Part shown: positions 53,039-64,000 of the stretch, one piece after another | Layout of the letters: each line of letters begins with the position of its first letter | How positions within the stretch are numbered: the first letter of the stretch is position 1 | NCBI GenBank assembly: GCA_976551045.1 | Contig: CDPCPM010000005.1 | Span: forward strand, 20,832,001-20,896,000 | DNA: 64,000 nt | Source of the DNA: Glaucostegus cemiculus | Lineage: Eukaryota | Direction of reading: 5' to 3' | Translations under genes and position numbers: made by a program | Notes under the pieces: generated by a model | Databases searched by the model: none | Seen by the model: the letters and a program-made list of their open reading frames with translations, nothing else | What the model was told of the DNA's origin: nothing

Positions 53039-53930
53039 TTAGCTCATCTCAGTGGCTCTTACTTCTCACAGGAGGATAAGACAACCAATCCATTCCAGTA
53101 TTGGTCCATTAAGGCATGGAAGGATATGGACCTTGGATGCAGGCACATGAGATTAATGTAGATGGGCAGAGGTCAGCATGGACGTGGTGGGTTGAATGGT
53201 TGTTTCTTGCTGTTCAACCTTATGACTGTAGTAGCTGCTTCCAATGCATTAGCACCCTTCCTTAGATAAGGAGACCAATACTGTACAAGGTATTCCAAAT
53301 GCAATTTCACCAATTCCCTACATAGATAAAATGTAACCTCCCTACTTATTATTTTGTTTGCTTCTGAATAAACTATAGCATTTTGTTTGCTTTAATAATT
53401 GTTTACTGTTCCTGCATTCTATCATTTGCAAATCATGCAGTCAGACACCCCGATCCTTCTGCATCTTAGAGCTTTGCATTCTCTCACTATTTAAACAATA
53501 TGCATTTTAATTTCCCTGCCAAAATGGACAATTTCACATTTACCACTTCATACTTTATATGTCTGATTTTTTTTTTGTGACTTTTTACTTGACCTATCTA
53601 TATTTCTTTATAGTCTCTTAATACCATCATCACACTTGGTTTCCTACCTCCTTTTTCATTAGCAAATTTAGCAACAATATCTTCAGTGCCTTCATCCAAA
53701 TCAGTTATACAAATTGGAAAAACATGGAGACACCAGCACTGATCCTTGTGGCACACCACAGGCTGAAAAGGACACTTTTACTGTCTATTCTTTGATTCCT
53801 TGTTGCCAACTAGCTTTTTTTCTTTCCTACATCTTTTGATGTAGCACCTTATCAAATGTTTTGTGGAAATCTAAGTACAGTATATCTACTGGTTTCCCTT
53901 TATCCACAACATGTTTTACTTCAAAGACTG
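52470..53930 (-). mobile_element. Fragmented CR1 LINE hosting the inverted insertion and a plus-strand CR1 tail (53110-53230)
   Basis: Reversed tail gtaggagtaggtcactc at the left. RT motif VDKGKPVDILYLDFHKTFDKVLH in ORF 53827-54021; gatccttgtggcacacca = GVPQGS reversed. Confidence 0.85.
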
Positions 53931-53944
53931 ATATCAGAAGCAGC

Positions 53945-54110
53945 AGCCAATGATGTACAGCTTGAAATATTGTCCCTGTTGTATTGCTGCAATAAACAGA
54001 AATGGCAGCAAATTTAACCACAACCTAATCTCACAAACAGCAATGAAATAATGATCAGATAATCCTTTTTGTTTTGTAATGCTGGTGAGTAGTAAACATT
54101 GGTTGAAACA
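53945..54110 (-). mobile_element. DeuSINE fragment
   Basis: Reverse complement reads ccaatgtttact..cagcattacaaaacaaaaaggattatctgatcattatttcattgctgtttgtgaga..aaatttgctgcc. Confidence 0.7.
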
Positions 54111-54524
54111 CAAGAAATCCATTCAAACAATTCCAAAACAATTGGGATATGCTGCTGGGGATGGGCTTACCCAGAGTAAAACAATTATGACTATATCTCT
54201 GCGTATGTGGGTGGCTGTGAGGAAATCTGTCTCCTTGTTTTTTGACAGGATTTTTGATCCCCCAGCTCGCCTTTTTCCTGCACAAAACAGTTCCAAAAAT
54301 GTGTCTACTGTGAGGTTTTCAACTTCATTGCTCTGAAAAACTCTGGAAAAAGTTCTTACTTATTCATAAGAAAACCAGGTTTAACAAACCATGAAATCTT
54401 GAAACCATGCTGTTTAAAGGTCCAAAAGTCAAAGCACATTTTTGCCCTTGTCGGCACCGGAACCTTAAAAACAACATTGTGCATGTCTGGAGTGCTTTGC
54501 TCACTGGGGTCAGGATCACAGGGT

Positions 54525-54886
54525 ATGGTGGTGTCCAGTGGTTAAATTAGTAGCAATCCAGAGGGCTGGGCTAACGATTAGAGACCAGAGTTCAAATCCC
54601 ACCATGCTATCAGTGGGAGTTTAAATCTGATCCATGATCTGGAATTAAAAAGCCAATCATTCAATAGTGATGATGATCTCAATGCTACTGTACCTTTGTA
54701 AGTATGTGATTCATTGACATCCTGCTTGGGAAAGACACATGCCACTCTTACCTGGTCTAGCTTTTATATCCAACAATGTGGTTGACTCTTAGAAGGCCTA
54801 GAAGCCACTCACCTCTAGGATACTGGGTATGAACAATATATCTGGCCTTGCCAGCAATGTCCAGATCCCAAAAATGAATTAATAAA
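54525..54886 (+). mobile_element. tRNA-derived SINE, full length, with LINE-derived tail
   Basis: A box tggtgtccagtgg, B box gagttcaaatcc, body ctggaattaaaaagc..cttacctggtct..caatgtggttgactctta, tail ctggccttgccagcaatgtccagatcccaaaaatgaat. Confidence 0.85.
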
Positions 54887-55569
54887 AGGAGTTACTTTTG
54901 CCTTTGTAGGCTCGGGATCATGCCAGAAGCTGCTGCTCCTGATGTCTGCCACACCTCCCTCTTTGCTGCTCAATACAGGAATAAGGTCACCATACTGTAG
55001 AAGAGAAGATCTCGTCTATTCTTTTCTTCAGCTCACCAGAGTAAGCATAGGCCTCATTGTTAACTCCTCCAAAATGCAGGCATTTGTGCTCATGCCTTTA
55101 CTGAAATCTTTCTGGCAACCTCCTGGCAGCTGTAGGACCCTGTGAGCCCATGGCCTCCTACAGTCACTTCTCCATTAGCTGTCAAGACTTATTGATCCCT
55201 TGGGAACACACTTACAATCTCTTCCATCATTGAAGCAACCATTCATTAAGTAGCAACTCCCTTTTGTAGCTAGAAGAGTGCTGTTTTCTTTGTCTATGCC
55301 CATGTAAGTGCTCGGTACAAAGATTGCACCTACTGTGCTATTAGGCTGAAAACTGCTAGAACTTGAAATACAACAACAAGGTATGTCACACTGAAACATA
55401 AGTTTCAGAATGGAATTACACAGGAAAACCCAGCAGGGCTGTTCTGCAATCCTCTTAAATGACGATCTCGCTCTTCATGCAACTTTCACAAATAGCATTT
55501 GGGTAATCCATAACATGTAATAGCCTTCACTTTCATCCTTACAAGAACATGATGGTCCTGAGATCTTGG

Positions 55570-55740
55570 AGAGACAAGAGATTCTGTAGATGCTGGAATT
55601 TGGAGCAACACACACACAATGCTGGAGGAACTCAGCAGGTCAGGCAGCATCTATGGAGGGTTTTGACTCGAAATGTCAACTATTTCCTTCTATAGATGCT
55701 GCCTGACCTGCTGAGTTCCTTCAGCATTTTGTGTGTGTTG
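55570..55740. mobile_element. Inverted (fold-back) pair of Penelope-like termini
   Basis: 55618-55654 is the reverse complement of 55692-55728 with 1 mismatch in 37 bp; the arms extend over about 54 bp. Confidence 0.9.
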
Positions 55741-56009
55741 TCTTGAGTTCTTGTTATTTCTCCTTTTGAACTGGTCCATCCTAATCTTTCTCCATAACCA
55801 CTTTGAAATATATGAAGCTATGGTCAATTTCTTCAAAACGCTCCCTCACTGACATCCTGGCGTGTCTTCTTCATGACTGCATCAATGTGTTGGGCCTAGG
55901 ATGAGATACTGACGCTCAGGAAGGAGCCTAGTAGGCTCCTCAAATGAGGACATATGGGCAGAGATGAAGGACAATAAAGGTGTTGTCTCTTTGCTGGGGG
56001 TGTATTATA

Positions 56010-56235
56010 GACTTCCTAACTCCTTGATTAGGAGTGCAATGCCACCTCCTTTTACATTCTCCTTTGTCTTGGCTGAAAATTCTGTACCCCAGAACACTGA
56101 GTTGATAGTCCTGCCTGTCTTTTAGTCTCTCAGTGATAACAATATCATAGCCATGCATGTTAATTAAAACTTGAGTTCTTCTACCTTACCAGTTAAATTC
56201 CTTGCATTAAAACAGATAAAATTTAGTTCTGTATT
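56010..56235 (-). mobile_element. CR1 APE-endonuclease fragment
   Basis: ORF GYDIVITERLKDRQDYQLSVLGYRIFSQDK..., preceded by FNARNLTGKVEEL-like codons and followed by GGIALLIKE. Confidence 0.8.
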
Positions 56236-59200
56236 CCCTTCATGTGCATTTACCATCATGCTCTGCCTACTGGACTTAGTAATGTTTTCTCCTCGGTGGA
56301 GAAACAGAAGCAATAATACCTGCTACCATCCAATGATTGAAATGTACAGTAATTTCAGAAAATGTTTAAATGCAATCTCTGGATGATTCAATTAAGATAA
56401 ACTTTTGCCTAAACCAGAAGCTGCTGCCAGATTTACTCTGGAAAACATCCTTGATCTCTTTCTAATAGTGTCTTGGTATCTCTTTTCCATCTGAGAAGAG
56501 AAACTGTGTTATCCAAATGTTGCTCTGGAATTTTGAACAGGAGTACATGCTGAAGGCTTGACGCGAGGCTGGAATCACTGTGCTCCGGCTCAGAAACAAG
56601 AATGCTACCATTGGTCAGTGTCAACCCTAGTTCAATGGTGAACAGCGGTAATGGTGCATAAGTTAGGGTCCACTTGTGGTAAACTGCTGGGTCTCAGTGA
56701 GTGGCGGGTCAATTCTCTTACATACAGAGGAATGGGAAATCGGAGAAACTGGTAAAGTCACATAACTATTACACAATTCTGTGATTAGCCTTCAAGCAGG
56801 ATTAGTACAGACACAGGAGCATTTGGCTGTCTCGGGCTAGCTTAAGTCAAGAATGGTAAGTGGCAGAAAAGTATCTCCAAAGGATAAAGAGGAAAATAAT
56901 TTATAAAATTGGGTAAACTAAACTTAAATGAATAAAGTGTCCAGGATGATTGTGAAAGTGAATATGGAGTTTGAAAACTCTGCTACAATGGGAGTTGACG
57001 TTTAGACATTATGGATGGAATGCATGCTCTAATTGATTAAGTGCATCTGAAACAGTGTACTGTTTGAATTTTATTCCAAAAATGCACACAATTGGCCAAA
57101 AGCCACTTCCACAATAAGATTTTACATCATTTCAGTGTTCCAATGCAATCCACTTCTCTTAAGGAAATTATTTTGGACCTGGGCATTTTGTTATCCTTAA
57201 GCAGAATGGCCCTAGCTGCTATTTTTTCTTTAACCAACATTTTCATTATAGACTAGTCTTTTATGTTGGGTTCATTCTCGGATAAAATATTAGATATTAG
57301 ATTATACACAGAGTCCAGTCCCAGCTGGCTTCTACCACAATAAATCTGGATACAATCTATAATTTAAAAGAACATGGACCAGAAATCGCACTTTGTTATG
57401 CTTGTTTTATATCCTTAAAACAGGTGAAATAAAGATCAATTTTAGGTACTGATTCTGGGCCAGGTTATTATTTAGGCTTCATTAGCAGGTGCCTTGTTTT
57501 GCATTCTCCCTGGGAAATTAGCCTCTAAAGAGCAGAGCACAAGCCAGGCCTATGTTGCTCTGACTACTGTGTGGTTGCTGTGGTACGAGCCTGTGGCCAT
57601 CACTGAAAACTAAAAACTAAAACATACTGGGGTGCTATGTTGCGTTAATGGTTCCTCCAGTCACTACAGCAGTCTCTCCCATTCCTTCAGCAACTGCTTT
57701 GGATTACTGCCGGTGAGAACGGCGCATGAAATTCATCTTTTTAAATGGCCAACTGCTAGTGCAAGTGTGACAGATATCAGCAGCTTGTCCAGATAATGTA
57801 AATAATGCAAGTTTGGGGCTTCCTGGGTCAGGTGTCTGCAGTCTGTGCTGCTGTTTTATACACCAAGAAATGCACCATAGCTAATTCCTTGGCCAAAGTG
57901 CAAAGATCCCAGAAAATTCTCTGAAAGAATGAATGAAAACCAAACTAATGCCCTTTGGCTGAAACCATGTTGCAAACAATATTTATAGTTTAAAACTTGA
58001 ATTAGGAATGGGAGCTTGCTGTTCAGGGACAGTGAATCCAGTACTGCTGTGTAACTTCAAAGCCTTGTAGCATGATAAAGGGGCAGGCATCCAAAAATTT
58101 CCAATGGAGCAAATTTTATGCCAAGGATGTTTGGAACAACGTCTGGAAGCACTCATCCAGAATTGTTTAATCGGATGTTATCAAATTCTGTATAGTTTCA
58201 AGTCTATGAGTAAACTGTTAATTTATATTTCCAAATAGAAAACGACTGCTACCAACAAATCTTGTTATTTTCACTTTTGTTTCATTGGTGGATGAATCCA
58301 AGGTTCTAGAACAATAATTTGCAAATTTGATGTCTTGTAAAATTCAAATAGGACAAACCAACAAATAAAAGCTGTAACAGGATTGGGACTTGTGTGCCCA
58401 ATTTCTAGTGCTTGGGCAGGTAGGTCATTCCAGGTTTAGACCTCCAAAGAGTTCACTTTGACAGGCAGTAAACAATCTGGTGGAAGAAGTAAGGTAGAGA
58501 AGACAGCCCTGTTCAGCAGTGAATATTATAACCTCTCAGGTACAACACCTCTCCAGTATGCATGCCAATTTCATTCTATTGTGTAGGCCAGGAAAAGATT
58601 CACTGTGTTTACTGAGTCAATCAAGGTCTGAGTACTTTGCACCTTACAGTATTGACACCACTAATACCAGAATGGCCCCTCACACAATCTTACTGTGAAT
58701 GCCAATAAAGCAGCAGGTGTTCAATATAACCTTAAATTTCACTTTATGTATTCAACCTGAAAAAAATTCTTGAAATTCATATTACTGGACCTGCTATGGT
58801 TTATAAGAAAACATGGGAAAAACTATGAGTCCTCAAAAGGGTACCATCATGGATAATTCTTTAAATCTCACATTAAATCTCCATTATATCTTAGTCGTAT
58901 CCCAATTTTGGAAGGAAGCACTACTTTGTTTGCTAACAGTATATACTGAAGTTCTTTACGATGCTATAGCATCTTGTGAAAGCTGTATGTGATGATCACT
59001 TAATGGAATACCACTGAAATACTTATTTGTCAATGCATGCTAGACATCAAGCCAAGCCTCAGTACACTGACCAGCTTGTCAGAATGGGTCAGGATGTTCA
59101 CAATTTCTCTCCACAGAATGTATTCACATACACCCATAAAAGAGTTTCATGGATTATTGCTGAAAATCATCCTTATGCACCAGGCAAAAATAATCCATAA

Positions 59201-62200
59201 ATGCTTATAGGCATAAGTGCTTATTTATGAAAACTGAAAGCTCTCTTCAATCATTAAAAAAAATCATATTCATTGGGCCAGTGAGCAGAGCTTTGTGTCC
59301 CATGTATATGAGTATGTGCATACAGAACTCTGCCTTCCACACAAGAGCAGCATATGTGGCTGTTAGACCTACTGTATCCCACATAGTTAAAAAAAATTTT
59401 ATTTCAATAAGACAACACAATTGTTGCGTTTAGCATCTTGTGACTGTGAGTAACTGATTTACTGAGGAACTACAAATATCCAATATTAGTAAATGTGTAT
59501 ATTGCAGTGTTGCAGCAAATATTTGTCTTCAGTGAATGATGTTATCCTATTCTCTTTTTCAACAAAGACCCAATAGTTGTCACCAAAAATAATAATCTTT
59601 GCAGAGTAGTTAATGTGCTATCTGAAAGACAAGCAATGACCATGTCTCTGCTGGGAGATAAAACAGAATTGGTAGTCATATGACTGGTCTATTACCTTCA
59701 GAACTGAGATGAACAACTCAATAAATCTGTCAAGAAATATTGATCATGATGTTTCACACCTACCAGAGAGTTTTTAATTGCTTCTGGTTTTAAATATTCT
59801 GCTATCACCCAATTCCCATCCACACCAATGCAGTCCCAATGTGGCAAAGTTATTTTGAAAATTTAGAAATCTGGCAGTATTAACATGAGCTCATAAATGC
59901 TTGCCACATAGTTCAAACAGTTAAATTGCATTACCACCTGTAATCTTGCAGTTTTGTCTGGGAATGTACTCTTCATTCTGCACAGTCCAGCTATGCTGAT
60001 GAGGTTGATTTACTCTGAACCAAATGGACGGTGTCGGGCCGATGTTATGACAACATGAGAGTAATCATCAGTACTTCTATCAGGTATGAAGACTACACCT
60101 CAGTATTGCACAGCAATCCAAACTTTATTTAGACTATCACTATCAAAGCTTAAGATTGCTTTTTCTGACAGCGAAGCTCTCTTTTGTTAACCTGGACCTC
60201 AGATACCAAGCAACAGCAAGGATTGCATTTATAAAACATCTGCCGTGGTTACAGTTGCCTGCTCACACGAAGAAGTCCACCAACTGTAACTGCAGTACTA
60301 TCCAGCTGCATGATACTGTTAATGTTGCTGCTTATCCAACTAGCAACCCAGCCCACTTACCAAAAAAAAACTGCTTTTGCTTTTCCTGATTAGCGGCCAG
60401 ACCATAACCCTAACAGTGCAGGATCCAATATTTTCTCCTATTACAGACAGTAGAAACCTTTTCTATACAGGATCACTTTTTTAAAAATAATTTGCCAGTT
60501 GTTCAGTGGTCAATGTTTTTTGAGCCATGACCAAGAAGAAAAGTATGGATAAGACTGAGAAGATGCTCTTGCATTAGCATTGGCTATGTACCCTTCCATA
60601 TAACCTTTGCTCTTGAGCAACCTACATTATAATTAAATATATAATAGATACCATATTAGATAAAGAAGAGTAATAGTTTTGTAGAAAGATAATAACATAA
60701 AAAAAATCAATATGAATTTCTTTAGTTATTCATATTCTGACTCAATAATGCTTCATAGTGTTCCAGGAAGCTTATGAAATGTTTGGTATTTTTTAAAGTG
60801 GACACAAGACCAAGTTGTCATTCATAAATCCAAACAAAAGATGAAATTCTCAACAACAAAAAAGCAGTCAGAAAAATTCAATTTTGCATATTTGCAAAAC
60901 TTGCTCAAAGAAGTATGGTTTCTCACCCTGCTTTAAGTTTCCTCACATCACCTCGGACTCTCCTGGCCAGTCCTCTCATTGGTTGGTAATTTGTCTGAAC
61001 ACATTTCATTATCCACTTAGTTGGTACAAGAAGTGTTACAACACGTAATCTGTCATCATACCTAGACTTACAGAGGTATAAAGAGTAAACTGGCTGCATA
61101 ACTACAGTAAGACAGTTGTGTAACTGTGAAATGAAAACTAGCACCAGAACGTGCACTACATGGCATGGGAATTGAAAGCCATCATAGGTCTTGAATATCC
61201 ATGCCTCATGCTCCTTCAAATCAGAATCAGTCAGTTTACTGCACATTCATAGATTGGCAGGCCATTGATGTCTCGGAGATTTGTGAGAAGAGATGAGCAA
61301 AAGTTGGAAAGGGCGATGAGGAGCAGGAGAACCAGATGATCATTGTTAAACAGCACTATGAGCTGCTAGAGTGTGTAATACAGTAAACTATTAAGAAGAA
61401 CCTCTCTCTATCAAATACAGCCTTGATCCCAATACCAATTGACCCAGTGCTCAGGCCTATCACATTAATGTCCCCAAACCATACAACATGTGCATTCCGT
61501 TTACATTAATGATTATGCAGATCGACAATACCATAAAGTATTTTACTTCATTGGGAACTGACTCCACCACTTATTTTGTTAACTCGCACATAACTCACTT
61601 TTGTGTAGGCTCTAATGTCTGTCTTGTGTGGTTCTTTGCTGATTTGAATGCTCTCCCCATGTGGTTTCTCAATGGCTACACATTGAGATGTGGAAGTCTG
61701 CTGAACATCCATAGAGGGATTTTGATATGAGCATGGTGCCTAGTGAAGGAGTGGGTGCATACTGCTGGGGCTTTGTCTGGCCAGGGTAGTATGGTCAAAT
61801 GGGCTGTATGATAGCAATGGCATCACTAATTCAGAAACTGCTGGGTGAGCAGGCATGCTGTGACTCTGAGAGAAGGCAGTCTATGCCTCTTCAAAGGAAC
61901 CTTCAGGGAAATGTGCCTTAGCACTGATACAACTTTGTGCAAAAGGAGAGCATATGAAGCTTCAGTCTAGACACTCCTTCATGCTTTATTGGCCAGAGGG
62001 TTAGTGGACCACAGGGCTAAGATGCCAGAAGTATGAGTCCTTATTGAAGAAGTAGTTGAACCCAGAGCCCTGAAGTGCTCACTGCATGTTTAATTTAATA
62101 GTCTCATTGCCATATACTAAGAAACACATGTTGGAGCTGGATTCCTCCTTACTTACTGATTTTGTGGCATGGTCTCTGTTGAAGGGCTATGTAGGTTGCC

Positions 62201-64000
62201 TTTTCATATTCTCCCTGCTTTACAGTCAGGCCATTAAGATGAAGGGCAGCTGGTGAAATCTTCTTACCACCTGACAGAAGACCTCTCTCCTGCTGACCTC
62301 TTTGCCGAAAACTTAAAAGCAAGGTTTGAAAATCACATTGTGCTTGCAGCTTCTCTTGTGCCTGCCATTTTCTATAATCCTGTGATAGGTGCCTGGAGCC
62401 AAGGTGCATTTAAAATAAATCTGCCACATTGCTGCTAATATACATCAGAAGCAATGCTGGTAGTTTTCCTACTTTGTTTTAGGTAATGAAGTTATACCTT
62501 GGACTCTTCTTTCCTCCCTTGTGATCATGTATATGCTTCAAACTCAACCTAAGTCCTGTTAAAAAAACACACTGAAAGGAATTTATACCTCATACTTTAG
62601 GGTGAGAGCAGAGAACACAGTTTCTACAATAAGGCTGTTTAGCAATTAAGAACCTGCATATTACAGAGCCATTTCTGTGACACATCCAGTGTCTGTGGAA
62701 AATGTGCCTCATTGAAATTTTAATTTTATGCACTTAAAAAAATTAATCTGATTCTGTTTGCTGCAACTCTCAGAATATCTTATTTCAATTCCTCATTGAT
62801 TTTTCTTTCATCATCAGCTCACCAATCTCTCCTGGGGCATCACTGTGCCGTCAACATCCTCAGAATGGACTCTTGTATGCTTCACCCCAGCCTCTGAACT
62901 AGCCTGAACAAGCCTACATTAATCAGTCTTTGGCCCTTCCACTGTAATTCCACTGCATTCCTTTTCCTCTTTTACTCCATCTCAGCTGTTGACTGTCCAC
63001 TTATCAGTGCAGGCCCACATGTTCAACTACCCTACTCTCTCTTTTGCCCTCCTGTCAGGCAACTCTTCACCATGCCCCCATGGCAAAAAACATTTTCACT
63101 AAATTCTAATTTACAATCACACCCTGCCTATTAGTAAAAAAGATGTAAAAATTACATTTTTTAGGTAGGTTTAAGGTAGATTTGAAAAGTCCTCTCCCCC
63201 ATTACTGCTTGGCTGCTCCCTTATAGTTTACATTAAGAGAGTTATGTGTCCACATTCAAAACATGTTGTCATGTTGTAATTACTCCTTGTTTTCAGTATC
63301 TTAACTGTAGGGAGGGTGCAATTACATTGTGACAGGTTCATGTTGGCTGCTCCTATTATGATGCACACACAGGAATTAAATAATGGATCAGGCTGAACCA
63401 AGGATGCAAATTTCTGAGCATTTCAGAAGTCCAATATATAGTATGCATATACTTGTTGATGTCACAGTGTTTAGACTCATTATAAGCAATGCAGTGAATG
63501 ATATCCTATGGCCCAAGTGTGCTTCATGCAGATCTCCTAAGGTAAATGGATTGAAAGAAAGATTTGCCTGACAAGGCAAAAATTTTAGGGGAGGGATTTC
63601 TGGGCCATCAGAGGCCGCCAGTAGCTTCCAAATGCTAAAGTGCTCCAGCATCTACCTCCAGCTTGTTCTTGTCGCCTCTGTCCACAACAGGTCTTATCTG
63701 TTAAACAGCTATGCTCAACAACCAGATGATTTTACTCCAGAATGGGTGGATGAGTTGCACCTAAATTTGCTGAGAGAGGCTGGATCTGGAAGTATTTTGA
63801 AATTCCTGACAGCCTCATGGGGTACTGGTATCATGCTTGTTGACCCTCTTGAAAGTCTCTTCCAATATGTCACAACCTTGTCCACAATTGGACAACCTCA
63901 AAGCTCATTTGTCCCTTCGTATGAAAAAGCAAAATGGAACCAAAAGAGAGAGAGAATTGGGTAATAGATTGAAGAAAATGTAAGAAAATGGTTGTGGAAT

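Noticed and set aside
62320-62410. GRHKRSCK peptide resembling an upstream GPATCH2 exon (RGHKKNC)
   Set aside because: Similarity is too short and there are no fitting splice sites; the true exon probably lies beyond the window.

Overview
This is AT-rich, CpG-depleted vertebrate genomic DNA. The retroposon content (HE1-type and Deu-domain SINEs, CR1/HER1, L2, RTE, Rex1 and Penelope-like relics) points to a cartilaginous fish, most likely a ray or skate; that assignment is inference. The only host gene I can support is the 3' end of GPATCH2 on the minus strand: an 89-bp internal exon (47056-47144), a ~16-kb intron, and the terminal G-patch exon (CDS 30835-31004) followed by a repeat-free, probable long 3' UTR. 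Positions 47145-64000 are probably GPATCH2 intron. Positions 1-27000 are intergenic and, by vertebrate synteny, probably lead toward ESRRG. Almost all listed ORFs are chance ORFs or TE fragments. The most notable observations are: (1) a family of ~125-bp Penelope-terminal insertions with target-site duplications whose consensus folds into a minimal hammerhead ribozyme; (2) a ~300-bp locally templated inverted duplication with a 33-bp flanking duplication, whose source copy was later split by a Rex1 insertion; (3) candidate GPATCH2 isoforms lacking or altering the G-patch; and (4) several candidate conserved enhancer-like blocks. TE boundaries were estimated by eye and family names come from recalled consensus sequences; no searches were run.
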